Positions 28,150-39,858 are shown, counted from the first letter of the stretch. The stretch is DNA of 63,283 nt from Desulfobacterales bacterium (GCA_013375395.1 JABXJW010000001.1:1-63283); one strand, 5' to 3'. The notes: generated by a model from the letters alone, not told the origin. Numbers and translations are program-made.

Positions 28150-28992
28150 TCAGTACTCCTTTGGCAGGGTGTTGAGTCTGGCCAGGCTGAAGACAGGCCC
28201 GTCCTTGCACACGAACTCCTGGCCCACATTGCACCTTCCGCACATACCGATACCGCATTTCATCCGGTTCTCCAAAGACATGATGATGGCCTCGGGCTGA
28301 AAGCCCACCTTTTCCAGCACAGGCTGGGTAAACTTTATCATGATGGGTGGGCCGCATACGATAGCCATACTGTTTTCGGCACTGGTGATTTTCTGCTCGC
28401 AGATGCCAGGCACAAAACCGATGTGGTACTTGCAAAAAGGATCATCGCTGCAATCCACGGTAATGTGCATATGAACGTCACTGCGCTCCTGCCAGGCAGA
28501 AAGCTCATCCTTGTAGAGGAGCATACCCTCGCTTCGCGCGCCGTAGACCACGGATATCTCCCCAAAACGCTTGCGGTTCTCAGGGTCCAGCATGTAGACG
28601 AGGGTTGAGCGAAGCGTGGTGAAGGCAAAGCCGCCGCCGATAAGGACCACATTCTTTCCTTCCATCTCCTCAACAGGGTACCGGTTACCCAACGGTCCCC
28701 TCACCCCCATGATGTCTCCTTCCTTCATGTTGTGCAACTGTGTGGTCACAACACCTGCCTTGTTCACAGTAAACAGGAGAAATCCGGACTCCGTGGGAGA
28801 TGAAGCAATCCCGATGGGGCACTCTCCCTTGCCTGCCACCGACAGCTCGGCAAACTGACCGGGACGATATTGAAAGGCTTTTTCGTCTTCAGGGTCCAGG
28901 AAAGCCACCTTGAAGGTCTTCAGATTGCGGTCTTCTGTTTCGATGGTAATCTTTTCGATGCGTACAGGGTAAGGAAGATACGGATTTTCCAC
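28150..28992 (-). CDS. AsrB/HydG-like FAD/NAD(P)-binding oxidoreductase with C-terminal 2Fe-2S site
   Basis: 280 aa, GTG start. RPGQF, GGGFAFTTLRS, and C-terminal CGIGMCGRCNVG. Confidence 0.75.
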   Translation of the reverse strand: MENPYLPYPVRIEKITIETEDRNLKTFKVAFLDPEDEKAFQYRPGQFAELSVAGKGECPIGIASSPTESGFLLFTVNKAGVVTTQLHNMKEGDIMGVRGPLGNRYPVEEMEGKNVVLIGGGFAFTTLRSTLVYMLDPENRKRFGEISVVYGARSEGMLLYKDELSAWQERSDVHMHITVDCSDDPFCKYHIGFVPGICEQKITSAENSMAIVCGPPIMIKFTQPVLEKVGFQPEAIIMSLENRMKCGIGMCGRCNVGQEFVCKDGPVFSLARLNTLPKEY

Positions 28993-29105
28993 GGCGCCAC
29001 TCGCTTTTTAACCTCGTAATGCACTTGCTCGAAGGAGATATACCTTGATAGCACAGCCCCACATCGACTTCAAGATCCTCGGTTACAAACAGAAGGAGCC
29101 TTGAG

Positions 29106-31304
29106 CTATCTTTTCCTTCGGCAAAGCGAAAAAAGGCCCACCGGAAGCAGCATAAAAAAGACAAGGATGGCTGAGGCAAGTATCGGGCCGAAATGAAGTG
29201 TGGAGTAGCTGAAAGCCACCAGGGGTAGAAGGCAGATGCGAACCGCGCCACGGAGGGTTTCATGCGTTGCAATGAAATCGGCTATTGGTGGCGAGTATGC
29301 ATAATAGGTCTTCACAAACATTCGTCCCGGCGCAAAGGGAAGAAGGTATGCATCCCTGAAATTCCTGAGTGCGGCGACCTGAGGCTCCATAAGCGACCCG
29401 TAAGCTGCTGTTGCAATAAAACAGTCGTCAGGTGTTTTAGCCCAGGCTTCGTTGGAATAGGCCGAATAGCCCTCGTCGTTGTAACCACTCACACGATAGT
29501 AATAAGTGATATAGGGCTCCACGGTATCGTCGCTGTAAGTGGCTACATTGGCGCCCACAGTAGATATCTCGGCATAGGCCTCCTCAGATTCGCTCTTGCG
29601 TTCGATACTGAAGCCCGTTTCTCCCGAGGAATTATCCGTCCAGGAGAGATCAATTTCGGTGCTGGAGACTGCCGTAGCCGATAGATCGCTTGGTGCGCCA
29701 AAATGGGTGGTAGCGTTAACCTCATCGCAATAGCCGGAGTTGCCATCGCTGTTATATGCTCTTATGCGGTAATGGTAAGTGGTAGAATCATCTAAATTCG
29801 TATCGGCATAGGTTTTAACATTTGCGGCAACCCTGGCTCTTTCCTCATAGGTTACATCAGATTCGGTCTTACGTTCGATACTGAAGCCCGTTTCTCCCGA
29901 GGAATTATCCGTCCAGGAGAGATCAATTTCGCTGCTGGAGACCGCCGTAGCCGACAGATCGCTTGGTGCGGCAGGATAGGTGGTAGCGTTAACCTCATCG
30001 CAATAGCCGGAGTTGCCGGCGCTGTTATATGCTCTTATGAGGTAATAGTAAGTGGTAGAATCATCTAAATTCGTATCGGCATAGGTTTTAACATTTGCAG
30101 CAACCGTAGCTGTTTCCTCATAGGTTACATCAGATTCGGCCTTACGTTCTATACTGAAGCCCGTTTCATCATAGGAGTTGTCAGTCCAGGACAGATCGAT
30201 TTGGGTATCTGATACAGCCGTTACAGCAAGCTCGCCTGGGGTTTCAGGCACGGATGTGCTGCCGATGAATTGGCCGAAACTGGCGGGTCCATTTTCCTTA
30301 TAATCATTGACGGGTTCAGCGCTGTAATCATCACCAGATCTCCGAATGACGTACACCCCGCCGCCATCCACCCCTCGATTGGTTACATAAACATAAGCTC
30401 CATCAGGTGTGACCGACACGCCAACGGGGTTTTCCCCAACTCCGACATGTTGGAGGACATCGTAGTCAACGGGGTCCTCAGAGGTTCGGATGACAGATAC
30501 CGTATTATCCCCTTGATTGGCCACGTATACATATTTTCCGTCGGGCGACACCGCAAGACCGACGGGATCAGTCCCAACTGTAATGCGCGTATAGCATCCT
30601 GTTACTTCTTCCATGTTATCGGTGTCGATGACAGATACCGTGTTATGCCCTCGATTGGTCACATAGGCGTATTTTCCGTCGGGCGATACCGCCACTCCAG
30701 TAGGTTGTTTTCCAAGGTTGTCAACCATCCAAACAACTTGGCCGCTAGAGGCAGCGATGGCATATAACGAGCCATTCTCGGCATCTTCTGTCTCCCCATC
30801 ACGATTTGCCACATAAACAACGTGCCCGTCAGGCGATACTGCCACACCCGTGGGGGCATGCCCTGCCTCAATGGGTGGGCCGATCACTGTCGGGGTATCG
30901 GTACCGATAAATGCTGTGTCAATAACGGATAGCGTATCATCCCCATAATTGGTCACATAGACAAAACGCCCATTAGGCGACGCTGCCACGCCGACGGGTT
31001 TTTGGCCAACATTTTCAACCCTATGCAGAATCTTCTTAGATATATCGTATACATAAACGGCGTTAGCGACAGGGTTTGCCACAATCGCATATCCGTCAGG
31101 CGTGATTGCCGCGCCAAGAAACGGGCTGCCCCCAAGCGTCTCACCGGTCTTAAAATCGTAGACTTTTTGGTCAAAGACCCGGATGAACGATACTTTCGTA
31201 CTATAATTTGCTATACAGGCATAAGTGGCTCCGTCACATTGACCGGGTCGTGCCAAACAAAGTAAGACGGCAGCAGCAAAAAAAACAAACCATGTGTTTT
31301 TCAT
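29106..31304 (-). CDS. secreted YVTN beta-propeller plus three FN3 domains, with [10 protein letters not shown]-terminal anchor module
   Basis: Signal peptide from ATG 31304 (RBS AGGGGAAG). Repeated YVYVTN/[13 protein letters not shown] blades. Three FN3 repeats of about 91 aa. C-terminal [10 protein letters not shown]...LRNFRD plus TM helices. Confidence 0.8.
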   Translation of the reverse strand: MKNTWFVFFAAAVLLCLARPGQCDGATYACIANYSTKVSFIRVFDQKVYDFKTGETLGGSPFLGAAITPDGYAIVANPVANAVYVYDISKKILHRVENVGQKPVGVAASPNGRFVYVTNYGDDTLSVIDTAFIGTDTPTVIGPPIEAGHAPTGVAVSPDGHVVYVANRDGETEDAENGSLYAIAASSGQVVWMVDNLGKQPTGVAVSPDGKYAYVTNRGHNTVSVIDTDNMEEVTGCYTRITVGTDPVGLAVSPDGKYVYVANQGDNTVSVIRTSEDPVDYDVLQHVGVGENPVGVSVTPDGAYVYVTNRGVDGGGVYVIRRSGDDYSAEPVNDYKENGPASFGQFIGSTSVPETPGELAVTAVSDTQIDLSWTDNSYDETGFSIERKAESDVTYEETATVAANVKTYADTNLDDSTTYYYLIRAYNSAGNSGYCDEVNATTYPAAPSDLSATAVSSSEIDLSWTDNSSGETGFSIERKTESDVTYEERARVAANVKTYADTNLDDSTTYHYRIRAYNSDGNSGYCDEVNATTHFGAPSDLSATAVSSTEIDLSWTDNSSGETGFSIERKSESEEAYAEISTVGANVATYSDDTVEPYITYYYRVSGYNDEGYSAYSNEAWAKTPDDCFIATAAYGSLMEPQVAALRNFRDAYLLPFAPGRMFVKTYYAYSPPIADFIATHETLRGAVRICLLPLVAFSYSTLHFGPILASAILVFFMLLPVGLFSLCRRKR
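29430..30250 (-). repeat. 3 x about 273-bp tandem repeat (FN3-coding)
   Basis: For example, ggtggtagcgttaacctcatcgcaatagccggagttgcc recurs at 29706 and 29979. Long near-identical DNA stretches between units. Confidence 0.85.
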
Positions 31305-31536
31305 AGCTTCCCCTACAAAAGCCCTCCGATGAGGTGCAAACAAAGGTGCAGAGCGGTTTGCTTCTCACCAGGAGAGCAAGAACCGTGCACAAACCGTCAT
31401 TTAGAACAGTTCTTCTTGGATTTCGGTTGGTTATATAGAGTTTGCCTGAAAGCGGCAGCGAGGAAGTGAGTAACAAAAGTTATATATTGGGAAGATAATT
31501 GCCCACAAAAGGGCTGGATGTGAAAACAATTTCCGT

Positions 31537-32436
31537 TCATTTCTCTTTGTTGATATACCCATGGGACCTACCTTCATCTTCAATCTTATATTTCAATTCT
31601 CTCCTTCTGTTTTCCCACAACCCTGATTGCACGAAGATAACATAAGGATGGCTCTGTTTTAGATTACTATCCCTTTTGTCAACCAACACCGTATTATTAT
31701 GTGGGATATAATCCTTTTTGGTATTTACATCTATTATATTTTCTCTATGGGCCAGGCCGTCGATACCACCTTTTTCATCAAATCCCATTTTGTTGGCAAC
31801 AACTGCCCGGACTATTACCTTGTTGTCTCTAAGACGCCTTTGGATATCCTCTCTATCCAGAAATAGCTTAATTGCTGTCCCGCTATTGCCGGAAACAATC
31901 ACCAGATTAACAGCCGGGGGGAAGAAATTATACACAATCTTTTTCAAGGGACCCGCCTTGTCCATCTTTTCGTCCCTTATCCGCTTAAGCGCTTCCATGG
32001 CATTTTCATTTAACCTAAGATGAGGAATAACATCATCCTTTAGTTCCTCAAGGCCATGCGAGTACCTGAAAATCTTACTTAATTCAAACAGATTCTCTCT
32101 CCATTTATAGTGGTGTATATACTTCAAAAAGATACTAGGGACTGCTGTCTTTTTCCTCTTAATTATTGCCCTTGCCCAAAGGTGTTGTGATGACTGTTCT
32201 ATCATAGCCTCGTCAAAATCGGTAAAAGTCCAATCCCGATTCAGCCCCATTGCCTCCAACTGACTCTTCACCTCTTCAGCAGGAAGAGCTTCCAGGTAAA
32301 AGATTTCCCTCTTAAGATAGGAAATAAAGCCAAGAGCACAGGACCTTAGGAAATAGATTTCCCTTAACAACCTGCGACTAGCTTCACTTTCAAGCACTCT
32401 AATTATATTCTCAACAAGTTTTCTGCTAAACCTCAT
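31537..32436 (-). CDS. hypothetical protein (orphan, AT-rich)
   Basis: 299-aa intact ORF in visibly AT-rich DNA. There is a weak HAD-like hint (TDFDEA, VIVSGNSG) that I do not trust. Confidence 0.55.
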   Translation of the reverse strand: MRFSRKLVENIIRVLESEASRRLLREIYFLRSCALGFISYLKREIFYLEALPAEEVKSQLEAMGLNRDWTFTDFDEAMIEQSSQHLWARAIIKRKKTAVPSIFLKYIHHYKWRENLFELSKIFRYSHGLEELKDDVIPHLRLNENAMEALKRIRDEKMDKAGPLKKIVYNFFPPAVNLVIVSGNSGTAIKLFLDREDIQRRLRDNKVIVRAVVANKMGFDEKGGIDGLAHRENIIDVNTKKDYIPHNNTVLVDKRDSNLKQSHPYVIFVQSGLWENRRRELKYKIEDEGRSHGYINKEK

Positions 32437-32596
32437 AGAGTCTCAACGATCAAATCAGTGGGAAACTGTCATGGAGTTGCATCTTCCCCTGGCTAGATAA
32501 TGAAGTGGTTATTATTCCCGGACCATCCTCTGTCATGCCAGCAATTCCGTATCATCATGTGAATACGCCAGTGAACAATCGGATTAACCCGAAATA

Positions 32597-33220
32597 CTAT
32601 AGCAGCTTATCCTGATCAAATAGTAATAGGCTCTCCGACTTATTGGAGATCATGTCTCTCGAAAAACCTTTCTTGACGAATAGGGCATAGGTAATCTTTG
32701 GACTCTTGACTGGAAGGGCTTTTTAGAGAAGCAAAGCCATGCTCTTTAGCTTCTTGAGCTCTTCATACGACACGGGCTGATTAGTCCATTTGCATTCGCC
32801 GACCAGTATATTGCGAGAGTGGGTGTCTATAGCCACCAGGTCAATCTCCGCGTCCTTAGACCACCACCTACCGAAGGAAGTAAAATTGATCCCTACAAGC
32901 CCCTTCCTCATGTGGTATTGCAATATTTCCATGGCCACATTTGCATAAACAAGAGAACAAAACATTCCAAAGTTCTGGCGTATGTTTTCAAGAACCAGTT
33001 CGTAGTTTCCCAGCTCAACGTGCGACATATTGGGGAAAATAAATCGGAACCAAAACCTGAAAAAATTATCCTTGATCCTATACAGCCCTTTCTTACTTTT
33101 GTGAGGATTCTTTTCCGTTATGGGAACATCCCTGCCAACAAGATCAAGCTCTTTTAGCGTTTCGAGATACTTATTCAACCCCTGAACCTTTGTTTCCAAT
33201 CGTTTTGCAATACCACCCAC
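32597..33220 (-). pseudogene. DUF234/archaeal-ATPase-family gene remnant
   Basis: Only the C-terminal part is present (LYRIKDNFFRFWFRF..., ...GECKWTNQP...). The ATPase domain is missing. An in-frame TAA at 32725-32723 is followed by the family-typical tail ITYALFVKKGFSRD. Confidence 0.6.
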
Positions 33221-33274
33221 TTTGTTTTCACCATGGGCTATGGATGAAAGAATAGAGAAGTAAGTAGTGAATGA

Positions 33275-33679
33275 CTATTTGGCCCAGTTTTCGATCTTCA
33301 AGGATGAGACACGACTGAACTCGCGTTCGTTGTTTGTGGCAAGTGTGCACTTGAGGGAGAGCGCATGGGCTGCAATGAGCATGTACATGGATACTATGGG
33401 TATTCCTTGTCGTTCCAGAACTGCGCGAATCCTCCCGTACTCCTGGGCAGCCATGTCGTCGTAGGAGAGGATTTCGAGGGGGGCAAGAAATTCGGCCAGG
33501 GCAATTCTGTTCTGATCGGGCCTTGAACTCTTTGCTGCTCCGTATTCAAGCTCGCTCAGAGTGATTGAGGAGACTCCGATATCGGAAACACGAGCGTTCT
33601 TTAGCCGTCTGATCACCTGTTCCGGTTTTTTTTTGATGATGTAGATGCAAATGTTGGTGTCGAGCATGTAGGTGATCAC
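33275..33679 (-). CDS. vapC: PIN-domain toxin VapC
   Basis: 134 aa. MITYMLDTNICIY. Overlaps the antitoxin stop by 4 nt. Confidence 0.85.
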   Translation of the reverse strand: MITYMLDTNICIYIIKKKPEQVIRRLKNARVSDIGVSSITLSELEYGAAKSSRPDQNRIALAEFLAPLEILSYDDMAAQEYGRIRAVLERQGIPIVSMYMLIAAHALSLKCTLATNNEREFSRVSSLKIENWAK

Positions 33680-33903
33680 AGTTCATCCCTTGACTGATGC
33701 TCTGGCTGTTCCCTGGTAATCATGAAGTCGTCGGAGAAATGGTTGAGGCTGTTTACGAGCGATGCCCACGGATCGTCCTTAGGAATGAGCATGACCACCC
33801 CGTGGAGCTTTTTGATGTAAACATCAGATCCCGAAAATCGGCAATCCTTGGGTAAGCGAACCGCTTGGCTGCGGCCATTAACAAAAAGGCGTGCTGTTTT
33901 CAT
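33676..33903 (-). CDS. vapB: AbrB/SpoVT-type antitoxin VapB
   Basis: MKTARLFVNGRSQAVRLPKDCRF. The start is taken at the internal ATG. Confidence 0.8.
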   Translation of the reverse strand: MKTARLFVNGRSQAVRLPKDCRFSGSDVYIKKLHGVVMLIPKDDPWASLVNSLNHFSDDFMITREQPEHQSRDEL

Positions 33904-34422
33904 GTGAACCTCCATTATATCATTGATTATTTGTCATGTTACGGTATATACCATGGCATCTATCTTATGTCAATGTAAAAATGATATTATTTCATTGCGT
34001 CGAACCTGGAAATGGGGACGGGCATGCATATCACTGCCTCCTCCGGCTCCATACTGGATGGAACTGTACCGGCAACTTCTCACGGAACCGGGCATCGATA
34101 CAGCCAGTTCATCCAGGGCCGTTTTGACCTGAGTGATAAAAAGGGAGATTAGGCAACAAAAAACATGAATTTCAGAACTACCGGGCAGCCCCAATGCCGG
34201 TATGCATGGCAATGGCGGGCAGGAAGTATCCGACAGCTATCATCGCGAGCCCTTGCGAGCGATAGGAAATGACGCCTTTACAAACTAAAACCGATGGCCT
34301 ATTATGGACTTATCAGGTTACTAAGTATCAGGGAGCCGGCAAGATCTCCGTTTCAGACAGAATGCCGGGAGGCTAACTGGTTTCCATCCAAAAAAGGCTC
34401 TTTTTTCATCAAGGAGTTATCC

Positions 34423-34878
34423 ATGAACTACATCAAGATACGCTTTGGAAAGGATCTCGGGCACATGCACAGCAGGCTTCAGAGGACCATAGACGAGATG
34501 TTTCAGCAGGTCAACCCCATGCTGGTGCTGCCCGAGCAGGCCTGGCGCCCCCAGATGGACATATACGAAACGCCCGAAGAGATCATCGTCGTTGGAGAAG
34601 TCTCCGGGGTGGAAAAGGAAGATTTGGAAGTGGAACTCGATCAGAATGCGGTAAAGATAACCGGAGTGAGGCGTGAGGCGCCGCGTATTTCGGGTACCAA
34701 ATACCATCTGGCCGAAATCGCCTATGGCAGGTTTGAACGGATCTTACTCCTGCCGGTGCCGATAAATCCAGACAATGTCAAGGCCACTCATTTCAACGGT
34801 CTTCTCAAGATCACCATGGCAAAGCAGCTACGCGAGCAGGTCCGTCAGATTCCTATTTCAGATTCAGATTCCTGTTGA
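34423..34878 (+). CDS. Hsp20/alpha-crystallin small heat-shock protein
   Basis: AAGGAG lies 6 nt upstream of ATG 34423. Alpha-crystallin core [30 protein letters not shown]...GLLKITMAK. Confidence 0.85.
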   Translation: MNYIKIRFGKDLGHMHSRLQRTIDEMFQQVNPMLVLPEQAWRPQMDIYETPEEIIVVGEVSGVEKEDLEVELDQNAVKITGVRREAPRISGTKYHLAEIAYGRFERILLLPVPINPDNVKATHFNGLLKITMAKQLREQVRQIPISDSDSC

Positions 34879-34910
34879 CGAACAAATCGAACGATCAGGA
34901 GATTAGGGTT

Positions 34911-37274
34911 ATGATGCCGGAGCCGGACAACCAATCTTACCTACAATCAGAGGAGGCCGGGGAGACCCCGAAAGTCTTGCCGATCTTGCCGGTCATGGAT
35001 CTGACGCTCTTTCCCAGGATGGTCCTTCCCATTGTGGTTCACGGAGAGGAATCACAAAAATCGGTGGATGACGCCATGGCCAAGGACCGTCTCATCGGGG
35101 TCGTTGCATCCAAGAAGAAAGACCTGGAGGCTTCCCACAAGCCAGAGGACCTTTACCGGGTGGGCACTTCCGCCTTGATCTTGAAGATGTCCAAGCCCGA
35201 CGAGAAAGGGACTCAACTCCTTGTTCAGGGCATCGGCCGGTTCCGAATAGAGGAATACCTTTCGGACAAGCCGTATCTTCGTGCCAAGATCGAGCCCATC
35301 CCTGAGCTAACCGTCAAGGACATTGAAATAGATGCCATGATGAGCAACCTGGTGGGCCTCTTTCAAAAGGTCTTGGATCTTTCTCCATACCTTCCAAGGG
35401 AGTTGGCTGCTTTGGCCAAATCGCTCGACGAAGCCGGGATGTTGGCCGACCTCATTGCATCGAGCCTGAACATAGTCAAAGAAGACAAACAAAAGATCCT
35501 TGAGACTCAAGACGTAAAAGAACGCCTCAAAGAGGTCATGCGATTGATAAACCGAGAGCTTCAGGTCCTTGAGTTGGGACAGAAGATCCAGTCTCAGGTC
35601 AAGCAGGATATGGACAAGGCCCAGCGTGAATTCTACTTGCGGCAACAGCTTAAGGCGATCAAGGAAGAGCTTGGCGAAAAAGACGAAGGCAAGGTAGATG
35701 TTGAGGAGTACCGGGCCAAGATCAAAGAGAAGAATCTGCCCGAGTTGGCCAGGAAAGAGGCCGAACGGGAGCTGGAACGCCTGGGTCGCATGCACCCGTC
35801 TTCATCCGAATACACCGTCGCTTCCACCTACCTTGACTGGCTGACCATCCTTCCATGGAACGAAGGCACGGAAGACGTCTTGGACATAAAGAGTGCCCAG
35901 AAGGTCCTGGATGAAGACCATTACGATCTGGAAAAAGTCAAGAAGCGGATCATAGAATACCTGGCTGTTCGAAAGCTCAAACCCGACTCTAAAGGTCCGA
36001 TACTCTGCTTTGTAGGCCCACCAGGCACCGGCAAGACCTCCCTGGGGCGTTCCATTGCCAGGGCACTGGGCAGAAAGTTTGTCCGCATATCGCTGGGCGG
36101 GGTGCGGGATGAGGCCGAAATACGCGGCCACCGTCGGACCTATGTGGGCGCCCTGCCCGGACGAATCATCCAGGGAATCAGGCGTGCCGAGAGCAATAAC
36201 CCTGTCTTCATGCTGGATGAGATCGACAAAGTGGGGGCTGATTTTCGGGGCGACCCTTCTTCGGCCCTCCTGGAGGTGCTCGATCCGGAGCAGAACTTTT
36301 CTTTTTCCGATCATTATCTCGACGTACCATTTGACCTTTCCAAGGTGATGTTTATTACCACCGCCAACATCCTGGACACCGTCCCCCCGGCCCTTCGAGA
36401 CCGTATGGAGGAACTGAGCCTGCCGGGCTATACGCAAGACGAAAAGGTGAAGATCGCTCAACGCTATCTCACCCCTCGCCAGTTGGAGGCACACGGCCTC
36501 ACACGGCAACAGCTTGCCATCACCGCAGACGCCATAAGGCGCATCATATCAGGCTATACCAGGGAGGCCGGGCTCAGGAACCTGGAACGCGAAATTGCGG
36601 CCATATGTCGCGGCGTGGCCTGCAAGGTTGCGGAAGGGGCCCAGAAGCTTGCACACATCAAGGCAATGGACCTGCATAAATTCTTGGGACCTGTCCGGTT
36701 TCGTTCCGAGGTAAGCGAGCGAATATCAGCACCCGGTGTGGCAGCGGGCCTGGCCTGGACCCAGACAGGCGGCGACCTGCTATTTGTAGAGGCGACCAAG
36801 ATGAAGGGGAAGCACGGCTTGACACTGACCGGTCAGCTCGGAGATGTCATGAAAGAATCTGCTACTGCGGCCCTCAGCTTCATCCGTTCCCATGCCAAAG
36901 AACTCGGCATCCCCGAAGACTTCTACGATAAGCAGGATATTCATATCCATGTTCCGGCCGGCGCCATCCCCAAGGATGGCCCGTCAGCGGGGGTCACCAT
37001 GCTGGCCGCCCTGGCCTCTCTCCTTACTGATAAGACCGTGGACGGCAACCTGGCCATGAGCGGTGAAATTACCTTGAGGGGCCTGGTCCTTCCGGTGGGA
37101 GGAATCAAGGAGAAAGTGCTTGCCGCGCACCGCGCCGGAATCAAGAAGATCATCCTGCCGAAGTGGAACGAGAAGGACCTCGAAGATGTGCCCAAGAAGG
37201 TCCGCAAAGCGACTCAGTTCCATTTCGTCGAAACCATGGACGAGGTGTTGAAGACCGCGCTGCCCAACAACTAG
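34911..37274 (+). CDS. lon: ATP-dependent Lon protease
   Basis: LON N-terminal domain, GPPGTGKTS, and protease site DGPSAGVTM. Start either ATG 34911 (AGGAG upstream) or TTG 34875. Confidence 0.9.
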   Translation: MMPEPDNQSYLQSEEAGETPKVLPILPVMDLTLFPRMVLPIVVHGEESQKSVDDAMAKDRLIGVVASKKKDLEASHKPEDLYRVGTSALILKMSKPDEKGTQLLVQGIGRFRIEEYLSDKPYLRAKIEPIPELTVKDIEIDAMMSNLVGLFQKVLDLSPYLPRELAALAKSLDEAGMLADLIASSLNIVKEDKQKILETQDVKERLKEVMRLINRELQVLELGQKIQSQVKQDMDKAQREFYLRQQLKAIKEELGEKDEGKVDVEEYRAKIKEKNLPELARKEAERELERLGRMHPSSSEYTVASTYLDWLTILPWNEGTEDVLDIKSAQKVLDEDHYDLEKVKKRIIEYLAVRKLKPDSKGPILCFVGPPGTGKTSLGRSIARALGRKFVRISLGGVRDEAEIRGHRRTYVGALPGRIIQGIRRAESNNPVFMLDEIDKVGADFRGDPSSALLEVLDPEQNFSFSDHYLDVPFDLSKVMFITTANILDTVPPALRDRMEELSLPGYTQDEKVKIAQRYLTPRQLEAHGLTRQQLAITADAIRRIISGYTREAGLRNLEREIAAICRGVACKVAEGAQKLAHIKAMDLHKFLGPVRFRSEVSERISAPGVAAGLAWTQTGGDLLFVEATKMKGKHGLTLTGQLGDVMKESATAALSFIRSHAKELGIPEDFYDKQDIHIHVPAGAIPKDGPSAGVTMLAALASLLTDKTVDGNLAMSGEITLRGLVLPVGGIKEKVLAAHRAGIKKIILPKWNEKDLEDVPKKVRKATQFHFVETMDEVLKTALPNN

Positions 37275-37533
37275 GCAAAGTCTCAGAGGGGTCTCCAGCG
37301 GCCATTGTTGACCCGGATGTCGCCCGCACTTTACCCTTGCAAAATCCGGCGCCGTTGTGGTAAATGTCGAGCCTAACAGCCACAAAGCAACCCCTGCCCT
37401 GAAGGTTGGGTGATGCTTCGAACCAAGTTTTAATGCAAATATGCAAGGGGGGTATTCAGATCTTGCTGGATACCCTTTTTCTGTACGCTTTGGCGCTAAG
37501 AAGCGAATAGACGAAAAAGAAAGAGGCTTGTTT

Positions 37534-39363
37534 ATGGCACAATGGGATGAAGACAGGGGTGTCTTGGTTCACACACACTCCAAGTTCTGGCAACATCGGA
37601 TACATGAGGTCGATGAACCGAATTTGCAGCGGGATGTGTTCCCGTATGACGAGGTAGCGCGTATAGACTTTGATCTCAAGATTGTCACTCCCAACCCTGC
37701 CAGGGGGTTCTTTATCACGGACTCCACCTTCAGGGACGGGCAGCAGGCTCGCCCGCCATATACTGTTGAACAAATTGTCCATATCTTTGAGTTGCTCCAC
37801 CGCCTTGGAGGGCCCAAAGGGGTCATCCGGCAGAGTGAATTTTTCCTCTATAGCGACAAGGACAAGGAGGCAGTGGAGAGGTGCCGTGAGCTGGGACACG
37901 CCTATCCGGAGATTACCGGCTGGATTCGAGCCAACAAGAAGGACCTGGCCCTGGTTAAGGATCTGGGGCTCCGCGAGACAGGGATACTGACCTCGGTATC
38001 CGACTATCACATCTTCTACAAGTTGAATATGAAAAGGTCACAGGCAGCCGATTTCTATCTGGGGGTGGTCAAAGAGGCCCTTTCCGCTGGCATTGCACCA
38101 CGTTGCCACTTTGAAGACATCACCCGATCGGACATTTACGGGTTCTGCATACCATTTGCAATCGAACTCATGAAATTGCGGGAAGAAAGCGGCATTGACG
38201 TGAAGATACGCATGTGCGACACCCTGGGCTTCGGTCTGAGTTACCCAGGGGCCTCCTTGCCCAGGAGTGTGCCCAAGCTGGTGCGTGTTCTTATTGAGGA
38301 AGCAGGGCTGCCCGGCCGCCTTCTTGAGTGGCACGGTCATAACGATTTTCACAAGGGCTTCATTAATGCCACCACCGCATGGCTCTATGGATGCGGGGCA
38401 ATTAACGGAACGCTGCTCGGATTTGGAGAAAGGACCGGCAACACCCCGGTTGAAGGATTAATCATAGAATACATTGGTCTTACCGGAAAAACCAACGGGG
38501 TCAACACCAGGGTCATAACAGAAATTGCCGACTATTTCGAAAGTGCCCTGGAGTATCATATTCCACAAAACTATCCTTTTGTGGGAGCAGACTTCAATGC
38601 CACAAGTGCGGGCATCCATGCCGATGGCCTGATAAAGAATGAAGAGATTTACAATATCTTCGACACAAGGAAGATGCTGGATCGGCCTGTTGATGTGGTA
38701 GTAACCGACAAATCCGGCGCAGCCGGTATCGCCCACTGGATAAACACCCATCTGGATTTGGCCGAAGGTGAAAAGGCAGGCAAAACTCATCCCGGTATAA
38801 TAAAGATCCACAAGGCCGTACAGGAACAGTACAAACAGGGACGAGTCACTTCCATGTCCAAGGAGGAGATGTCACACCTGGCCCACAAGTATCTGCCGGA
38901 ATACTTTGTCTCTACCTTTGACAAATTGAAGACCGGAGCCTATGATCTGGCTGCCCATCTGGTGGAAAGGCTGATACAGTTGCCTGAAATACGCTCCATG
39001 GGCCCGGCCAAACAGGAGCCCATCCTGGAAGCCGTACTGGAAAGGCATCCTTATGTTCAGTTCATCTACATCACGGACAAGGAGGGCTGCCGCACCACCA
39101 AGAACATTACTGACATCGTTGACAAGGCGAAATATAAGGGTGCAGTCATAGGTGAAGACCTCTCCGACCGTGACTGGTTCATCAGTCCGGTAAAGGACGG
39201 CAAGGTCCATGTTACTAATTTTTACATTTCAAAATACAGTAGATATCTGTGCATTACCGTATCGGGCCCCATACACGACGAGCAGGATGAAATCGCAGGG
39301 GTGCTGGGCGTTGATATAAGATTCGAAAACCTCATGAAAATGGAAAAAAATGGTGAGCTTTAA
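37534..39363 (+). CDS. homocitrate / Re-citrate synthase-family (HMGL-like) enzyme with a C-terminal Cache/PDC-like domain
   Basis: ITDSTFRDGQQ, EFFLYS, PRCHFEDITRSD, EWHGHNDFH, GFGERTGN. The C-terminal roughly 170 aa contains DLSDRDWF...ITVSGPI...GVLGVDI. Confidence 0.65.
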   Translation: MAQWDEDRGVLVHTHSKFWQHRIHEVDEPNLQRDVFPYDEVARIDFDLKIVTPNPARGFFITDSTFRDGQQARPPYTVEQIVHIFELLHRLGGPKGVIRQSEFFLYSDKDKEAVERCRELGHAYPEITGWIRANKKDLALVKDLGLRETGILTSVSDYHIFYKLNMKRSQAADFYLGVVKEALSAGIAPRCHFEDITRSDIYGFCIPFAIELMKLREESGIDVKIRMCDTLGFGLSYPGASLPRSVPKLVRVLIEEAGLPGRLLEWHGHNDFHKGFINATTAWLYGCGAINGTLLGFGERTGNTPVEGLIIEYIGLTGKTNGVNTRVITEIADYFESALEYHIPQNYPFVGADFNATSAGIHADGLIKNEEIYNIFDTRKMLDRPVDVVVTDKSGAAGIAHWINTHLDLAEGEKAGKTHPGIIKIHKAVQEQYKQGRVTSMSKEEMSHLAHKYLPEYFVSTFDKLKTGAYDLAAHLVERLIQLPEIRSMGPAKQEPILEAVLERHPYVQFIYITDKEGCRTTKNITDIVDKAKYKGAVIGEDLSDRDWFISPVKDGKVHVTNFYISKYSRYLCITVSGPIHDEQDEIAGVLGVDIRFENLMKMEKNGEL

Positions 39364-39367
39364 AGAC

Positions 39368-39823
39368 ATGAATACTTTTGAGCTAACGGTCGGAGGCAAA
39401 GCTTATAAGGTAGACGTCGAGAAGTTCGACGGCAAGCGGGCCCTGGTCAAAGTAGACGGCAAGCCTTATGAGATTGACGTCAAAAAGGCCGCAGGGGCTG
39501 CCGTGCCGGGGACTCCTGGACCAATGCCTCCTACGCCTGAGATACAATGGCAGGCTCCGTCGGCGCCCGAGCCCCCTCTGGCGCCCGTCGCCTCGGTCCC
39601 TTCGGGCGGTCAGGTCATTGCACCCATGCCGGGCCTGGTATTGGAGGTCATGGTTTCTGTTGGCGATAGCGTGGCAGCCGGCACACCAGTAGTTAAGATC
39701 GAGGCCATGAAAATGGAAAATGAGATCCCTGCACCTGTAGACGGCGCCGTTAAGGAGATTCTGGTCAAGGTGGGCGATAGCGTGTCAACCGACGATATCC
39801 TCTTGGTGATAGATCAAGGATAG
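39368..39823 (+). CDS. biotin carboxyl carrier (biotinyl-domain) protein
   Basis: C-terminal EAMKMENEI biotinylation motif and a Pro/Ala linker. Confidence 0.8.
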   Translation: MNTFELTVGGKAYKVDVEKFDGKRALVKVDGKPYEIDVKKAAGAAVPGTPGPMPPTPEIQWQAPSAPEPPLAPVASVPSGGQVIAPMPGLVLEVMVSVGDSVAAGTPVVKIEAMKMENEIPAPVDGAVKEILVKVGDSVSTDDILLVIDQG

Positions 39824-39858
39824 GCCGGGTCGTTATACGAAAAGTGGAGAGACGATTC

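Noticed and set aside
37534-39363. Calling the first gene of the biotin/carboxyltransferase operon a transcarboxylase 5S / oxaloacetate decarboxylase alpha subunit.
   Set aside because: Its motifs (RDGQQ, EFFLYS, EWHGHNDFH, GERTGN) fit the homocitrate/Re-citrate synthase branch. It lacks the LRDAHQS-type N-terminus and the conserved carboxylase C-terminal domain of 5S/OadA.
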